A stretch of 64,000 nucleotides of DNA from an uncultured Chloroflexia bacterium (GTDB lineage: Bacteria; Chloroflexota; Limnocylindria; QHBO01): positions 96,001 through 160,000 of the forward strand of contig CAWFCQ010000002.1 in NCBI GenBank assembly GCA_963814375.1, given 5' to 3'. A model generated the notes under the pieces. It had not been told where the DNA came from. It saw only the letters and a list, made by a program, of their open reading frames with translations, and did no database searches. Position 1 is the stretch's first letter. Each line of letters starts with the position of its first letter. Shown here one piece after another: positions 10,890 through 20,518 of this stretch. The translations under genes and the position numbers were made by a program.

Positions 10890-11699
10890 ATGGCCAGCTC
10901 GACCTCGGTCCCCGACGCCGCCCGCCCCAGCGACGTCGGCGCGCCGATCATCTCGGTCAGCGACCTCCGCAAGCGCTACGGGACGCTGACCGCGGTCGAC
11001 GGGGTGAGCTTCGAGGTGGCGGAGGGCGAGGTCTTCGGCATCCTCGGGCCGAACGGCGCCGGCAAGACGACGACGCTCGAGATGATCGAGGGCATGCGAC
11101 CGATCGACGAGGGGAGTGCGGTCATCGACGGGATCGACGTCGGCAGCCATCCGCGCGATGTGAAGCGGCGAATCGGCATCCAGCTCCAGGCATCGGCCTT
11201 CTTCGACGAGCTCACCCTGGTCGAGCTGCTCGATCTCTTCGGCCAGCTCTACGAGCGCGACGTCAACCCGATGCACCTGCTCGAGATGGTCGACCTGACC
11301 GAGAAGGCCAAGAGCCAGGTGCGGACGCTGTCCGGCGGCCAGAAGCAGCGCTTCAGCATCGCATCCGCGCTGGTCAACGAGCCGCGCGTGCTGTTCCTCG
11401 ACGAGCCGACCACCGGGCTCGACCCGCAGGCGCGCCGGCACATGTGGGGCCTCGTCCGGGCCATCCGCGAGCAGGGCCACACGGTCGTGATGACAACGCA
11501 CTACATGGAAGAGGCGGAGGAGCTGTGCGATCGGGTCGCGATCATGGATCGCGGCCGGATCATCGCCCTCGACGCGCCACGCAACCTCGTCGACCAGCTG
11601 ATCGGACGGGGATTCAGCAAGGAGCGCGTGGAGCGGCTCGCGAACCTGGAGGACGTGTTCATCGACCTCACCGGCCACGAGCTGCGGGAGGAGGACTGA
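10890..11699 (+). CDS. ABC exporter ATP-binding protein
   Basis: GPNGAGKT, LSGGQKQR, FLDEP; TAGCAT -10 element 7 nt upstream of ATG 10890. Confidence 0.92.
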   Translation: MASSTSVPDAARPSDVGAPIISVSDLRKRYGTLTAVDGVSFEVAEGEVFGILGPNGAGKTTTLEMIEGMRPIDEGSAVIDGIDVGSHPRDVKRRIGIQLQASAFFDELTLVELLDLFGQLYERDVNPMHLLEMVDLTEKAKSQVRTLSGGQKQRFSIASALVNEPRVLFLDEPTTGLDPQARRHMWGLVRAIREQGHTVVMTTHYMEEAEELCDRVAIMDRGRIIALDAPRNLVDQLIGRGFSKERVERLANLEDVFIDLTGHELREED

Positions 11700-11702
11700 C
11701 CG

Positions 11703-12799
11703 ATGCGCCTCGGCGTCCTGTGGGCCCTCTTCGTCGCGAGCTTCAAGATGTTCATCCGCAACCGCGCGGCGGTCTTCTTCAGCCTCTTCCTGCCGCTCAT
11801 CATCATGCTGATCTTCGGGGTCCTGAACTTCGAGGGCGCGACCGAGCTCGATCTCGGCATCGCCGATGAGGCCGAGAACGCCGCCAGCGCCAACCTGATC
11901 GAGCGGCTCGGCGTGTACGACTACCTCATCATCACCACGGGCACCCGCGAGGCGGAGATGGCCGAGCTCGAGGATGGCGAGCGGGACTTCGTGCTCGTCA
12001 TCCCGGAGGGCTGGGAGGTGCCGCCGCCGGGCACGGAGTCCGGGCTCGTGGCGTACGGCAGCAACAACGATCCCGCCCAGGCTCAGGTCGCGCAGGGCCT
12101 CATCCAGCAGGCCGTGGCGCAGGCGATGTACGCGCCGGCGGTGGGGGCGGTGTGGCTGCAGCGTTCACGCCACCGGTGTCCTTCGAGTCGGTCGAGTCGC
12201 GCGACTACGGCTACATCGACTTCCTCGTCCCGGGCATCGTCGGCATGACGATCATGCAGCTCGGCCTCTTCGGGGTCGCCTTCGGCTTCGTCCAGCTCAA
12301 GCGCACCGGAGCGCTGCGGCGGCTCTTCGCGACGCCGACGTCGCCCTCCTACTTCCTCTCGGCGCAGGTCCTGTCGCGCCTCATCATCGGCGTCGCCCAG
12401 GTCGCCATCCTCTTCGCCATCGGCATCTGGTTCGGGCTCCAGATGTTCGGCGACTACTTCAGCCTGCTGGTGATCGTGCTGCTGGGGTCCGCCATCTTCC
12501 TGGCCATGGGCTTCGCGATCGCGGGCTGGGCCAAGAACGAGGACCAGGCGGCGCCGGTCGCGAACCTCATCAGCCTGCCGATGATGTTCCTCTCCGGTGT
12601 CTTCTTCCCGCGCGATGCGATGCCCGAATTCCTGGCGACGATCACCGCGTTCATGCCGCTCACCTACGTCATCGAGGCGCTGCGCGGCATCGTCAACGAT
12701 GGTGCGAATCTCGTCGAGCTCGGCACGCAGCTGCTCGGTATGGGGGTCTGGATGGCGATCAGCTTCGTCGTGGCCCTCCGTCTGTTCCGCTGGGAGTGA
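11703..12799 (+). CDS. ABC-2 permease with extracellular domain, frameshift near the G5 run at ~12145
   Basis: Track ORFs 11703..12248 and 12152..12799 join into a typical ABC-2 permease (YIDFLVPGIVGM, MMFLSGVFFP). Confidence 0.85.
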
Positions 12800-13158
12800 T
12801 GCGGTCGGTCGACTGGATCCTGCGCGCCGAGTCTCTCGCCATCTTCGTGGTGGGCGTGCTCCTCTATCTTCAGCTCAACGGCAGCGCGCTCTGGCTCCTG
12901 CCGCTGCTGCTCGTGCCGGACGTCTCGATGGTCGGCTATCTCGGCAACCCGCGCCTCGGCGCCATCACCTACAACCTCGCGCATAACCTCGTGACGTCGC
13001 TGCTCCTGCTCGGCATCGGCTGGTTCGCGGCAATCGCGCCGCTGGCGCTGGCCGGTGCGGTCCTGCTCGCCCACGTCGGGATGGATCGAGTCCTGGGCTA
13101 CGGCCTCAAGCTGCCGACCGACTTCAAGGACACCCACCTCGGACGCATCGGCCGATAA
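12799..13158 (+). CDS. DUF4260 family membrane protein
   Basis: LRAE..PDVSMVGY..YNLAH..AHVGMDRVLGYGLK..THLG. Confidence 0.85.
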   Translation: MRSVDWILRAESLAIFVVGVLLYLQLNGSALWLLPLLLVPDVSMVGYLGNPRLGAITYNLAHNLVTSLLLLGIGWFAAIAPLALAGAVLLAHVGMDRVLGYGLKLPTDFKDTHLGRIGR

Positions 13159-13165
13159 TGGGCCG

Positions 13166-14566
13166 ATGCACTCCCATCCGGCTCCGATCAGCCGCCGGAG
13201 GCTTCTGCAGCTGGGAGCTGCCGCGTCGGCCGCGGGCCTGGCGGCGTGCACCACGCCGATCCCGTCGCTGACGCTCGGACCGTCGCCGAGCTCGACCGCA
13301 CTCCCATCACCGACGCCATCGCCGACTCCGAGCCCCACGCCGGCCCCGACGCCGCGACCTTCGGCCGCGCCGCGCAGCGGCCGCGTTCTCTACCGCGACG
13401 GCGCGCTCGCCGATGGACGGGCCGATGCGCTTCAGCGGAACGTGAGCATCCTCGTCGTCGACGGTGCGATCGCGTGGATCCGGCCCACCGGCGGCGAGGA
13501 GGATCCCGGAGACGCGGCCGTGATCGACTGCGCCGGAGCGACCTTCGTCCCCGGCATGGTCGACTGCCACAGCCACGTCACCGGTCCCGGAGGCGCGAAC
13601 TGGATCGAGCGCTTCAACGACGCGCCCGAGACGCTCGCCGCGGTGGCCGAGCACAACGGCCGGCTGGGCCTCGCCGCCGGCGTGCGCTGGATGCGGGATG
13701 TCGGCTCGCCGATCGCCGTCGATCCGGAGGACGGCCGCGAGCGGGCGCTCGCCCTCGGCGTTCGGGACCGATGGGTGGGTCGCAACGACCGTCCCTACCT
13801 GCGAGCCGCCGGCTCGTGGATCTTCAAGACCGGCGTGGCGCCCCTGAACGGGGCAATCGAGGCCGCAAACGCCGATGAGCTGCTGGGCGCCGCCATCGGC
13901 CAGCTCGACGCCGGCGCCGATCTCGTGAAGATCTACATGGACGGGCCGGACGCGAACGTCTCGCCCTGGACCGCAAACGAGGTCGGCCGGGTCACTGCGG
14001 CGGTCCACGAGCGGGGCGCCCGCGTGGCGGCCCACTCCGGACGGCTGAACGGCGCGCGCGAAGCCGTGCTCGGTGGCGTCGACTCGATCGAGCATGGGTT
14101 CGAGCTGGACGCGGGGGTCGCCGCCGAGATGGCGGCGCGTGGCACGACCCTCGTGAGCACGCTCGCCGTGCAGCGCTCGTGGCTGACGTTCGGCGACACC
14201 ACGACGATGGAGCGCTTCGCCGGGGCCGCTGGCAGATCGGCCATCCAGGCACGGCTCGAGCAGGGAGAGGCGTCGGTGCGCGCCGCCCGGGACGCGGGGG
14301 TGCCGATCGCCACCGGCACCGACTTCGGCGGGGGCTCGCTGCGCGCCAACCAGCTGGCGTGGGAGGTCACCAGCCTCGTCGCCGCCGGCCTCGCCCCGGT
14401 CGCCGCGCTGGCGGCCGCCACGTGGAGGGGTGGCGCCCTCATCGGCGAGGAGGAGGCGGGCGTGATCCGCGAGGGCGGCCCGGCCGACTTCTTCCTCGTC
14501 CACGGCGACCCGCTCTCCGAGCCGGAGGCACTGTGGCGCGTCTGGCGCGCCGCCTGGGAGGACTGA
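13166..14566 (+). CDS. Metal-dependent amidohydrolase (prolidase-like) with Tat lipoprotein signal
   Basis: SRRRLL twin-Arg, LAAC lipobox, Pro/Ser/Thr linker; DCHSH, LVKIY, AAH, SIEHG, GTD motifs. Confidence 0.85.
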   Translation: MHSHPAPISRRRLLQLGAAASAAGLAACTTPIPSLTLGPSPSSTALPSPTPSPTPSPTPAPTPRPSAAPRSGRVLYRDGALADGRADALQRNVSILVVDGAIAWIRPTGGEEDPGDAAVIDCAGATFVPGMVDCHSHVTGPGGANWIERFNDAPETLAAVAEHNGRLGLAAGVRWMRDVGSPIAVDPEDGRERALALGVRDRWVGRNDRPYLRAAGSWIFKTGVAPLNGAIEAANADELLGAAIGQLDAGADLVKIYMDGPDANVSPWTANEVGRVTAAVHERGARVAAHSGRLNGAREAVLGGVDSIEHGFELDAGVAAEMAARGTTLVSTLAVQRSWLTFGDTTTMERFAGAAGRSAIQARLEQGEASVRAARDAGVPIATGTDFGGGSLRANQLAWEVTSLVAAGLAPVAALAAATWRGGALIGEEEAGVIREGGPADFFLVHGDPLSEPEALWRVWRAAWED

Positions 14567-14585
14567 GGGCGCGCCGGCAGGCGAT

Positions 14586-14879
14586 TCAGGCGGACGTCGG
14601 CCCGTCGTCGGTGCCGGGCTCGACCTCTCGCTCGACCACGAGCGTGCAGCGCGTCGCCACGGCTGCCAGCGCGCCGATGGCGGCCAGCACCGGAAGCAGC
14701 GCGGCGCCGATCAGGCCCAACGTCAGCGGCACCTCGAGCATCGTGCGGCCATCCTCGTTCTTGATGATGATCCGCCGGATGTTGCCCTCGTGGATCAGCT
14801 CCTTGACCTTGTGGAGGACCTCGTCGCCGTCGAGCGTGAACTCCTGGGTGCGTGACGCCCCAGATGGATCCTGGTTCAT
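14586..14879 (-). CDS. DUF4342 domain protein
   Basis: KVKELIHEGNIRRIIIK...LEVPLTLG...P.LAAIGALAA. Confidence 0.88.
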   Translation of the reverse strand: MNQDPSGASRTQEFTLDGDEVLHKVKELIHEGNIRRIIIKNEDGRTMLEVPLTLGLIGAALLPVLAAIGALAAVATRCTLVVEREVEPGTDDGPTSA

Positions 14880-14883
14880 CGGT

Positions 14884-15093
14884 TCAGGCTACACAGAAGG
14901 AGTGATCGCGGTCATTCGACGCGTCGTCGAGGAGGTGGCACGCGAGGCACTCGCCAAGGGTCGCGGCCCCGGAAGCCCGGATTGGGCAGGCCGCGATCCC
15001 CTCACGCACCTCGCGCAGCAGGCCGCGGCATACCACCCACACTTCATCCGGCTCGCCAGGCTCGGACAAGAGCGGGACGTCGGGCCCGATCAC
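14884..15093 (-). CDS. Small Cys-rich hypothetical protein
   Basis: 69 aa, start overlaps the cupin stop, five Cys including CLACH. Confidence 0.55.
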   Translation of the reverse strand: MIGPDVPLLSEPGEPDEVWVVCRGLLREVREGIAACPIRASGAATLGECLACHLLDDASNDRDHSFCVA

Positions 15094-15482
15094 GGTGCCA
15101 CCTCGGCTGCGTCGGCATCGGCCTTCGTGTCGTGCACCGTTCCCGGCGCATGCTCGGGTGGCGCGTACACCGTGATGAGCCGCAGCGGCTCGTCACCGAT
15201 GTTGACGAAGTTGTGCCGGGTGCCCGCTCGGACGAAGACGAGCTCCTTGGGACCGACCTCGAACGCATCGGCGTCGAGGCGCGCTTCGCACCTGCCGTCC
15301 ACGAAGAGGAGGACCTGGTCCGTGTCGGGGTGGACCTCCTCGCCGATCTCGGCACCGGGCGGGATGGTCATGACGACGACCTGCTCACGATCGCCAGTCG
15401 TGACCTCGCGCCGGAAGGCGTCGTTCTCGCGGGCAGCCCGGAACACGTCCAGGCTGTCGGGTCGCTGTCGGGCGCCCATCAT
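15090..15482 (-). CDS. Cupin domain protein
   Basis: ENDAFRR..QVVVMTIPPGAEIGEEVH..DQ..HNFVN..YAPPEH. Confidence 0.9.
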   Translation of the reverse strand: MMGARQRPDSLDVFRAARENDAFRREVTTGDREQVVVMTIPPGAEIGEEVHPDTDQVLLFVDGRCEARLDADAFEVGPKELVFVRAGTRHNFVNIGDEPLRLITVYAPPEHAPGTVHDTKADADAAEVAP

Positions 15483-15761
15483 TCAGGCTCCGATCGTCAC
15501 GTGCGCGCCAACGCCGCCGGTCAGCCGCCGCACCTCGGCGACGACGTCGACGACGGTAGGGTCGAGCACGATGTTGGCGCCCACCGCCTTCGCACTCGCG
15601 GCCCGGATGATGTCGCTCTCGACGGCGATCACCCTGGCCGCACCGGCCTGCTTCGCTCCTGCGATCGCCGAGAGGCCGCCGGGTCCCTGATCCAGGACGA
15701 CGACGGTGTCGCCGGCACGAACCCGACCGCGTTCCGCGATGGGGGCCTGTCGACTGGTCAC
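15483..15761 (-). pseudogene. Isolated Rossmann fragment of a zinc-dependent alcohol dehydrogenase (truncated gene or standalone domain)
   Basis: GDTVVVLDQGPGGLSAIAGAKQAGAARVIAVE..VRRLTGGVGA; no catalytic GroES domain. Confidence 0.6.
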
Positions 15762-16189
15762 GATGCGGCCCCCGTCTCGGCGGCCAGCGCAACGAAGTCC
15801 ATCGACGAAATGACGCCAATCGGACGGCCATGCTCGTCGACGACGACGAGCCGATGGAGGCGCTCCGCATGCATGCGCGAGGCGGCCTCGCGCACCGTCG
15901 CGAGGCTCGAAATCGTCACGGGAGGCACGCTCATCACCTCGCCCACTCGGATCCCTGACTCGCGGTGCCTGATGAGCGACTGGATGCTGGGCAGCGCCAG
16001 GTAAAGGAGATCGGTCTGGCTGATCACCCCGACGAGCCGACCGCCGAGGTCGACGACGGGCAGCCCGGTCACACGATTGATGCGCAGCAGCTCCTCGGCA
16101 TGCTCGAGTGGCGCTTCGACCGAGACGGTCACCGGATCGATCGTCATCAGCTCGGCGACCCTCATCTCGGTGGTGGTAGTAGTCAACAT
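15758..16189 (-). CDS. Tandem CBS domain protein (Hrp1/Rv2626c-like architecture)
   Basis: Two CBS repeats (LPVVD..LVGVISQTD; LVVVD..PIGVISSMD); GAGGAGG RBS. Confidence 0.9.
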   Translation of the reverse strand: MLTTTTTEMRVAELMTIDPVTVSVEAPLEHAEELLRINRVTGLPVVDLGGRLVGVISQTDLLYLALPSIQSLIRHRESGIRVGEVMSVPPVTISSLATVREAASRMHAERLHRLVVVDEHGRPIGVISSMDFVALAAETGAAS

Positions 16190-16272
16190 TCGAGATCCTC
16201 CTCAGGCTGTCCCTTCAGATCACAGTGCCCTTCCGTCGATGACGAGGCGACTGCCGTCCGGCCCGAATGGGC

Positions 16273-16406
16273 GGGCCGAATGGCCCGCGCATCTGGGTGG
16301 GCCGGACCCCGATCGGTCGGACCGTACGTCCAGTGCTGACGACGTGGCGTGCCGCCCTACCGACTGGGCGTGACGGATGGCCCGCCCCTCATGGGTCACT
16401 CGGCCC
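16273..16406. promoter_or_regulatory. DosR/DevR-like boxes in the divergent CBS/multicopper oxidase promoter
   Basis: GGGCC-GAAT-GGCCC (16273), GTGAC-GGAT-GGCCC (16370), GGGTC-ACTC-GGCCC (16393). Confidence 0.7.
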
Positions 16407-16490
16407 TCCCCGGACGAGCCGGCACCCACCACCGTGGCCCGAGGCCGCCACAATGCCGGAGCGATATCCGCACGCACTCGGAGCCAATCG

Positions 16491-17837
16491 ATGAAGCGCA
16501 CACTTCTCTACTTCGCCGCATTCACCGGAATGGCGACCGTCTTCGGCGCCACCCTGCTCGTCATCGCTCTCGTGCTGGGCGAGACGGGCGAGGGCGGCAC
16601 CGGCACCGCGCCATCCGATGAAGCGTCGCCCTCGGCGCCGGCCGCAGGCGGAGCTGTCCACGCGTTCACCATCACCGCCTTCGACCTCGGCTTCGAGCCG
16701 GCGATGGTCCACGTGCCCGAGGCGGGCACCTACGCCGTCACCTTCGTCAACGACGGCGGCACGCTGCACGACGTGACGTTCGCGGATGGGACGAAGATCT
16801 CGGCCGACGGCCACGCGAGCAATACAGGCGAGGTCGACATCCCAGCCGAGGGGATCAGCTTCATCTGCTCGGTCCCCGGCCACGCGGACGCGGGCATGAC
16901 CGGCGACGTGATGGTCGAGGCCGTCGCGGGCTCCGGCGCGCCCGAGCCATCGCCCGGCGAGACGATGACGGCCGAGGAGATGCGCGACATCGATGCGGCG
17001 GTCACGGCGCAGTTCCCGGCGGAGACCGAGGGCGAGGGCAACGAACTCCTCGAGCCGGAGATCCAGGCCGACGGCACGCTGCAGTGGGAGCTGACCGCAT
17101 CGGTCATCGAATGGGAGACCGAGCCGGGCACGATCGTCGAGGCCTACGCCTACAACGGGATGGTGCCCGGACCGCAGCTGCGCGCGGAGGTGGGGGACCG
17201 GATCCGCATCATCCTCCACAACGAGCTGCCGGTTCCGACCACCATCCACTCACACGGGCTGTTCGTGCCGCCCGACATGGATGGCGTGCCGGTCATCAGC
17301 CAGCCGGCCGTCATGCCCGGTGAGACGTTCACGTACGAGTACACGCTGCGAAATGCCGGTTCGCACATGTACCACAGCCACTTCCATGCGGAGGAGCAGG
17401 TGCCGATGGGTCTGCTCGGCGCATTCGTGGTCACCGATCCCGACGCCGACAATCCGGCGGTCGACCAGGACATCGCCATGATCCTCAACGACGGCCCGCT
17501 GGGCTTCACGATCAACGGCAAGGGTTTCCCCGCCACCGCGCCGCTCGTCGCGGGCCAGGGAGAGACGATCCGCATTCGGTACATGAACGAGGGGCTCCAG
17601 ATCCACCCGATGCACCTGCACGGGATTCCCCAGCTCGTCATCGCCAAGGACGGATGGACCCTCCCGACGCCGCACTACGAGGACACCGTGCTCGTGGCAC
17701 CCGGCGAGCGCGTCGACGTCCTCGTGGAGGCCACCGAGGTCGGCACCTGGGCCTACCACTGCCACGTCCTGACCCACGCCGAGGGCCCGGAGGGCATGTT
17801 CGGCATGGTCACCGCCCTGATCGTGGAGGAGCAGTAG
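16491..17837 (+). CDS. Two-domain multicopper oxidase (small laccase type B) with an extra N-terminal cupredoxin domain and membrane anchor
   Basis: Cupredoxin H..CSVPGHADAGM; HSHG, YHSH, HPMHLHG, HCHVLTH..GM copper ligands. Confidence 0.88.
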   Translation: MKRTLLYFAAFTGMATVFGATLLVIALVLGETGEGGTGTAPSDEASPSAPAAGGAVHAFTITAFDLGFEPAMVHVPEAGTYAVTFVNDGGTLHDVTFADGTKISADGHASNTGEVDIPAEGISFICSVPGHADAGMTGDVMVEAVAGSGAPEPSPGETMTAEEMRDIDAAVTAQFPAETEGEGNELLEPEIQADGTLQWELTASVIEWETEPGTIVEAYAYNGMVPGPQLRAEVGDRIRIILHNELPVPTTIHSHGLFVPPDMDGVPVISQPAVMPGETFTYEYTLRNAGSHMYHSHFHAEEQVPMGLLGAFVVTDPDADNPAVDQDIAMILNDGPLGFTINGKGFPATAPLVAGQGETIRIRYMNEGLQIHPMHLHGIPQLVIAKDGWTLPTPHYEDTVLVAPGERVDVLVEATEVGTWAYHCHVLTHAEGPEGMFGMVTALIVEEQ

Positions 17838-17890
17838 CGGCCCGCCGAGGGATGGCGGTTCCCGGCGCCCGGCCGCTCGCGCACGACGAA

Positions 17891-17941
17891 GGAGCCTGCC
17901 CTCCGACGAGCCACCGGTGGTCGTCGGTAGGGACAGGCTCC
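17891..17941. terminator. Long inverted repeat between convergent genes, probable terminator
   Basis: GGAGCCTG-CCCT-CCGACGA...TCGTCGG-TAGGG-ACAGGCTCC. Confidence 0.55.
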
Positions 17942-17983
17942 TCGCGCTGTCCGCAGTGTGGGGAGCTCACGCTCCCGCGGGCT

Positions 17984-18673
17984 TCAGGCGGCGAATCCCG
18001 CTGGCTTGAGGACCGGGACAGGCTCCTTCTCGGGCCTCGTGGCCCAGACCACTCCTCCGCCGGTGACGATCAGCGTCCCACCGACCATCGCGAACAGGGC
18101 GGCCAGTCCGAGCCCGAGCTGCAGGGATGCGGCTGTCGAGGCTCCGACGCCGAGCTCACCGATCAGGGCGTGTGCCACGCCGGTCCATGCCTGGGCGCGG
18201 ACCGCAGCGTCGATTGGGTTCTCGCGGTCGAACTGTGCCCAGTAGCGGCCTTCGACCGGGATCTCGTATGGCGTGCCGGCGGTGTAGACCGTGCCGTCGG
18301 GAGCCGTGAAGTCCTCCTCGAGGATGACCGTCTGGGTGCCGTGCAGCGTGTGATAGGCGACCGTCGCCATCTGGTACATGTACTCGCTGCCGGTGTTGAC
18401 GATTGGGTCGTTCGGGTCGAGCTCACCTGTTACGACCGGATAGCCCCAATCCTCGGTGAGGAGGGCCATGATCGACGCAGCGCCCGCGACCTCGCCGCCG
18501 TCGACGAGCTGCCCGTCTTCGTTGTAGCTCAGCTCGACGCCCTGCGCCGCGCTGAACGCCTTCAGGGAGGTCGTCCCTTCCTGGACCTTGAAATAGGCGA
18601 AGCCACCGGCCACGATGAATGCGAGGCCGATGAGCCCCAATACAATCCCCAGAATTCGCAATCGACCGATCAT
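17984..18673 (-). CDS. Conserved hypothetical membrane protein (N- and C-terminal TM helices around an extracytoplasmic domain)
   Basis: 230 aa, GC-typical codon usage, EYMYQMATVAYHTLHG, TM segments at both ends. Confidence 0.75.
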   Translation of the reverse strand: MIGRLRILGIVLGLIGLAFIVAGGFAYFKVQEGTTSLKAFSAAQGVELSYNEDGQLVDGGEVAGAASIMALLTEDWGYPVVTGELDPNDPIVNTGSEYMYQMATVAYHTLHGTQTVILEEDFTAPDGTVYTAGTPYEIPVEGRYWAQFDRENPIDAAVRAQAWTGVAHALIGELGVGASTAASLQLGLGLAALFAMVGGTLIVTGGGVVWATRPEKEPVPVLKPAGFAA

Positions 18674-18728
18674 CAGAGTGTCCCTCTCGTGTGCAGGTAG
18701 ATGTAGTCCACCTGCACTGTCACGCACG

Positions 18729-18780
18729 GGGCCCATCGGTCACAGATGCCAGATGGCCCGGTCTCGGGACCATCCGGCAC
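18729..18780. promoter_or_regulatory. Degenerate DosR-like boxes upstream of the membrane protein gene
   Basis: GGGCC-CATC-GGTCA (18729), ATGCC-AGAT-GGCCC (18746), GGACC-ATCC-GGCAC (18767). Confidence 0.55.
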
Positions 18781-19136
18781 CTCCTATCCGTGCCGTTTGC
18801 ACCGCACAGGTTCGGGCTTCGAGAGATCTCCTACGTCGTCGACCTAGCCCTCCGCCTCTCCGCGGAAGGAAAGCACTGCATCGGAACCAAGATCCATGGT
18901 GGGAGCCCGCGTGCAGCGGCATAGACCCACCACGCGCAACGCTTCCAGCCCGGGACGGTCCCCGGGACCCAGGTGCAGGAGAGACGAGCGCGGTGCGAAC
19001 GCATCACTTGCCGGTGTGATGCGATCGATCGGCGTTCCGGGACCGGCTGACGAAAGGCGGCCCACAGCGGAGGGCGCCCGGTAAAGAGCGTGATCGCGGC
19101 GCCAAGGCCGAGCAAAGCGACTCGGTCGGACGCCCT

Positions 19137-20408
19137 CTAGACGTGGTAGAGCCTGCGCGTTTCCTGGTTCAGGTGATCCCGGACATCCGGATGGGCAATG
19201 GCGATGAGCTCGGCGACGCGCTCACGGATACTTCGCCCGAACAGTTCGGCGACCCCGAACTCCGTCACAACCGTCCGGACGTGGGCCCGGCTGGTCACGA
19301 CGCCGGCCCCCGGTGCCAGCACCGGGACGATCCGCGAGATCTCGCCGCCGGCGGCTCGCGACGGGAGCGCGATGATCGCGCGCCCTTCGGCCGCAAGGGC
19401 GGCGCCGCGCATGAAATCCATCTGGCCGCCGACGCCGGAGTAGAAGCGCGTGCCGATCGAATCGGCACTCACCTGGCCGGTGACGTCGATCGAAATCGCC
19501 GAGTTGATCGCCACCATTCGTCGAAATCGGCGGATGACCGATGTGTCGTTCGTGTAGTCGACCGGACGCATCTCGATCATCGGGTTGTCGTCGACGAAGT
19601 CATAGAGACGTTGGCTGCCCATCAGAAAGGCCGAGACGATCTTGCCGCGGTTGATCTCCTTCTCGGCGCCGGTGATGGCTCCCGACTCGACCAGGTCCAG
19701 CACCGGATCGGTGAAGAGCTCTGTGTGCACGCCGAGATTGCGCTTGTCGCGGAGGGCAAGCGCAACCGCGGTCGGGATCGACCCGATACCCATCTGGATG
19801 GTCGCTCCGTTGGGGACGAGCTCGGCGACGAACTCGCCGATGCGGCGCTCGACGTCGCCGATCGGTGGGGAAACGTGCTCGTGTGGCGCCTGATCGACCT
19901 CGACTCCTACGTCGATCTCATTCACGTGGATGAAGGAGTCGCCGAGGGTCCGGGGCATCGAGGCGTTGAGCTGGGCGATGACCGTCTTCGACGCTCGTGT
20001 CGCGGCAAGGGCGGCATCGATGCTGGTGCCCAACGAGCAGTATCCATGGGCATCAGGCCGGGTGAGGTTGAGCAGCACCGTGTCGAGCGGCAGGACGCCG
20101 TTAGCGAACAGCTCGGGCACGTCGGAGAGGAAGATCGGCACGTAGTCCGCGCGGCCATCGTTCACCGCGGACCGCGCGTTGGCGCCGATGAACAGGGCCC
20201 GATGGCGAAAGCTGGACGCCATCTCCGGCTCCAGATGCGGCGCCGGTCCCTCGATGTGGAAATGCACGATGCCGACGTCGCGAAGCTCGCCCGCTCGTCG
20301 CGCGAGCGCCTCCAGCAGCAGCGACGGCGACGCGGCCCCACCGTGAACGAAGACCTGCTGCCCGGAGCGGATGCCTCCAACGGCCTCATCGGCGCTGACG
20401 ATTCGCAC
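19137..20408 (-). CDS. Acetyl-CoA hydrolase/4-hydroxybutyrate CoA-transferase family protein
   Basis: QMGIGSIP, LGVHTE, GQVSADSIG, SGVGGQMDF, VTEFGVAELFG. Confidence 0.92.
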   Translation of the reverse strand: MRIVSADEAVGGIRSGQQVFVHGGAASPSLLLEALARRAGELRDVGIVHFHIEGPAPHLEPEMASSFRHRALFIGANARSAVNDGRADYVPIFLSDVPELFANGVLPLDTVLLNLTRPDAHGYCSLGTSIDAALAATRASKTVIAQLNASMPRTLGDSFIHVNEIDVGVEVDQAPHEHVSPPIGDVERRIGEFVAELVPNGATIQMGIGSIPTAVALALRDKRNLGVHTELFTDPVLDLVESGAITGAEKEINRGKIVSAFLMGSQRLYDFVDDNPMIEMRPVDYTNDTSVIRRFRRMVAINSAISIDVTGQVSADSIGTRFYSGVGGQMDFMRGAALAAEGRAIIALPSRAAGGEISRIVPVLAPGAGVVTSRAHVRTVVTEFGVAELFGRSIRERVAELIAIAHPDVRDHLNQETRRLYHV

Positions 20409-20443
20409 GGGAGCAGTGTGGGCCGCGCGGGCGGCCGTGTGGC

Positions 20444-20479
20444 GGGCCATTCGGTCCCAACGATCGGGCCGTTCAGCCC
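20444..20479. promoter_or_regulatory. Paired DosR-like boxes between the divergent CoA-transferase and GNAT genes
   Basis: GGGCC-ATTC-GGTCC (20444) and GGGCC-GTTC-AGCCC (20466), 22 bp apart. Confidence 0.7.
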
Positions 20480-20518
20480 TGACGGCTCAGCCTCCGTTTG
20501 TTCCACGATCGGAACGTC

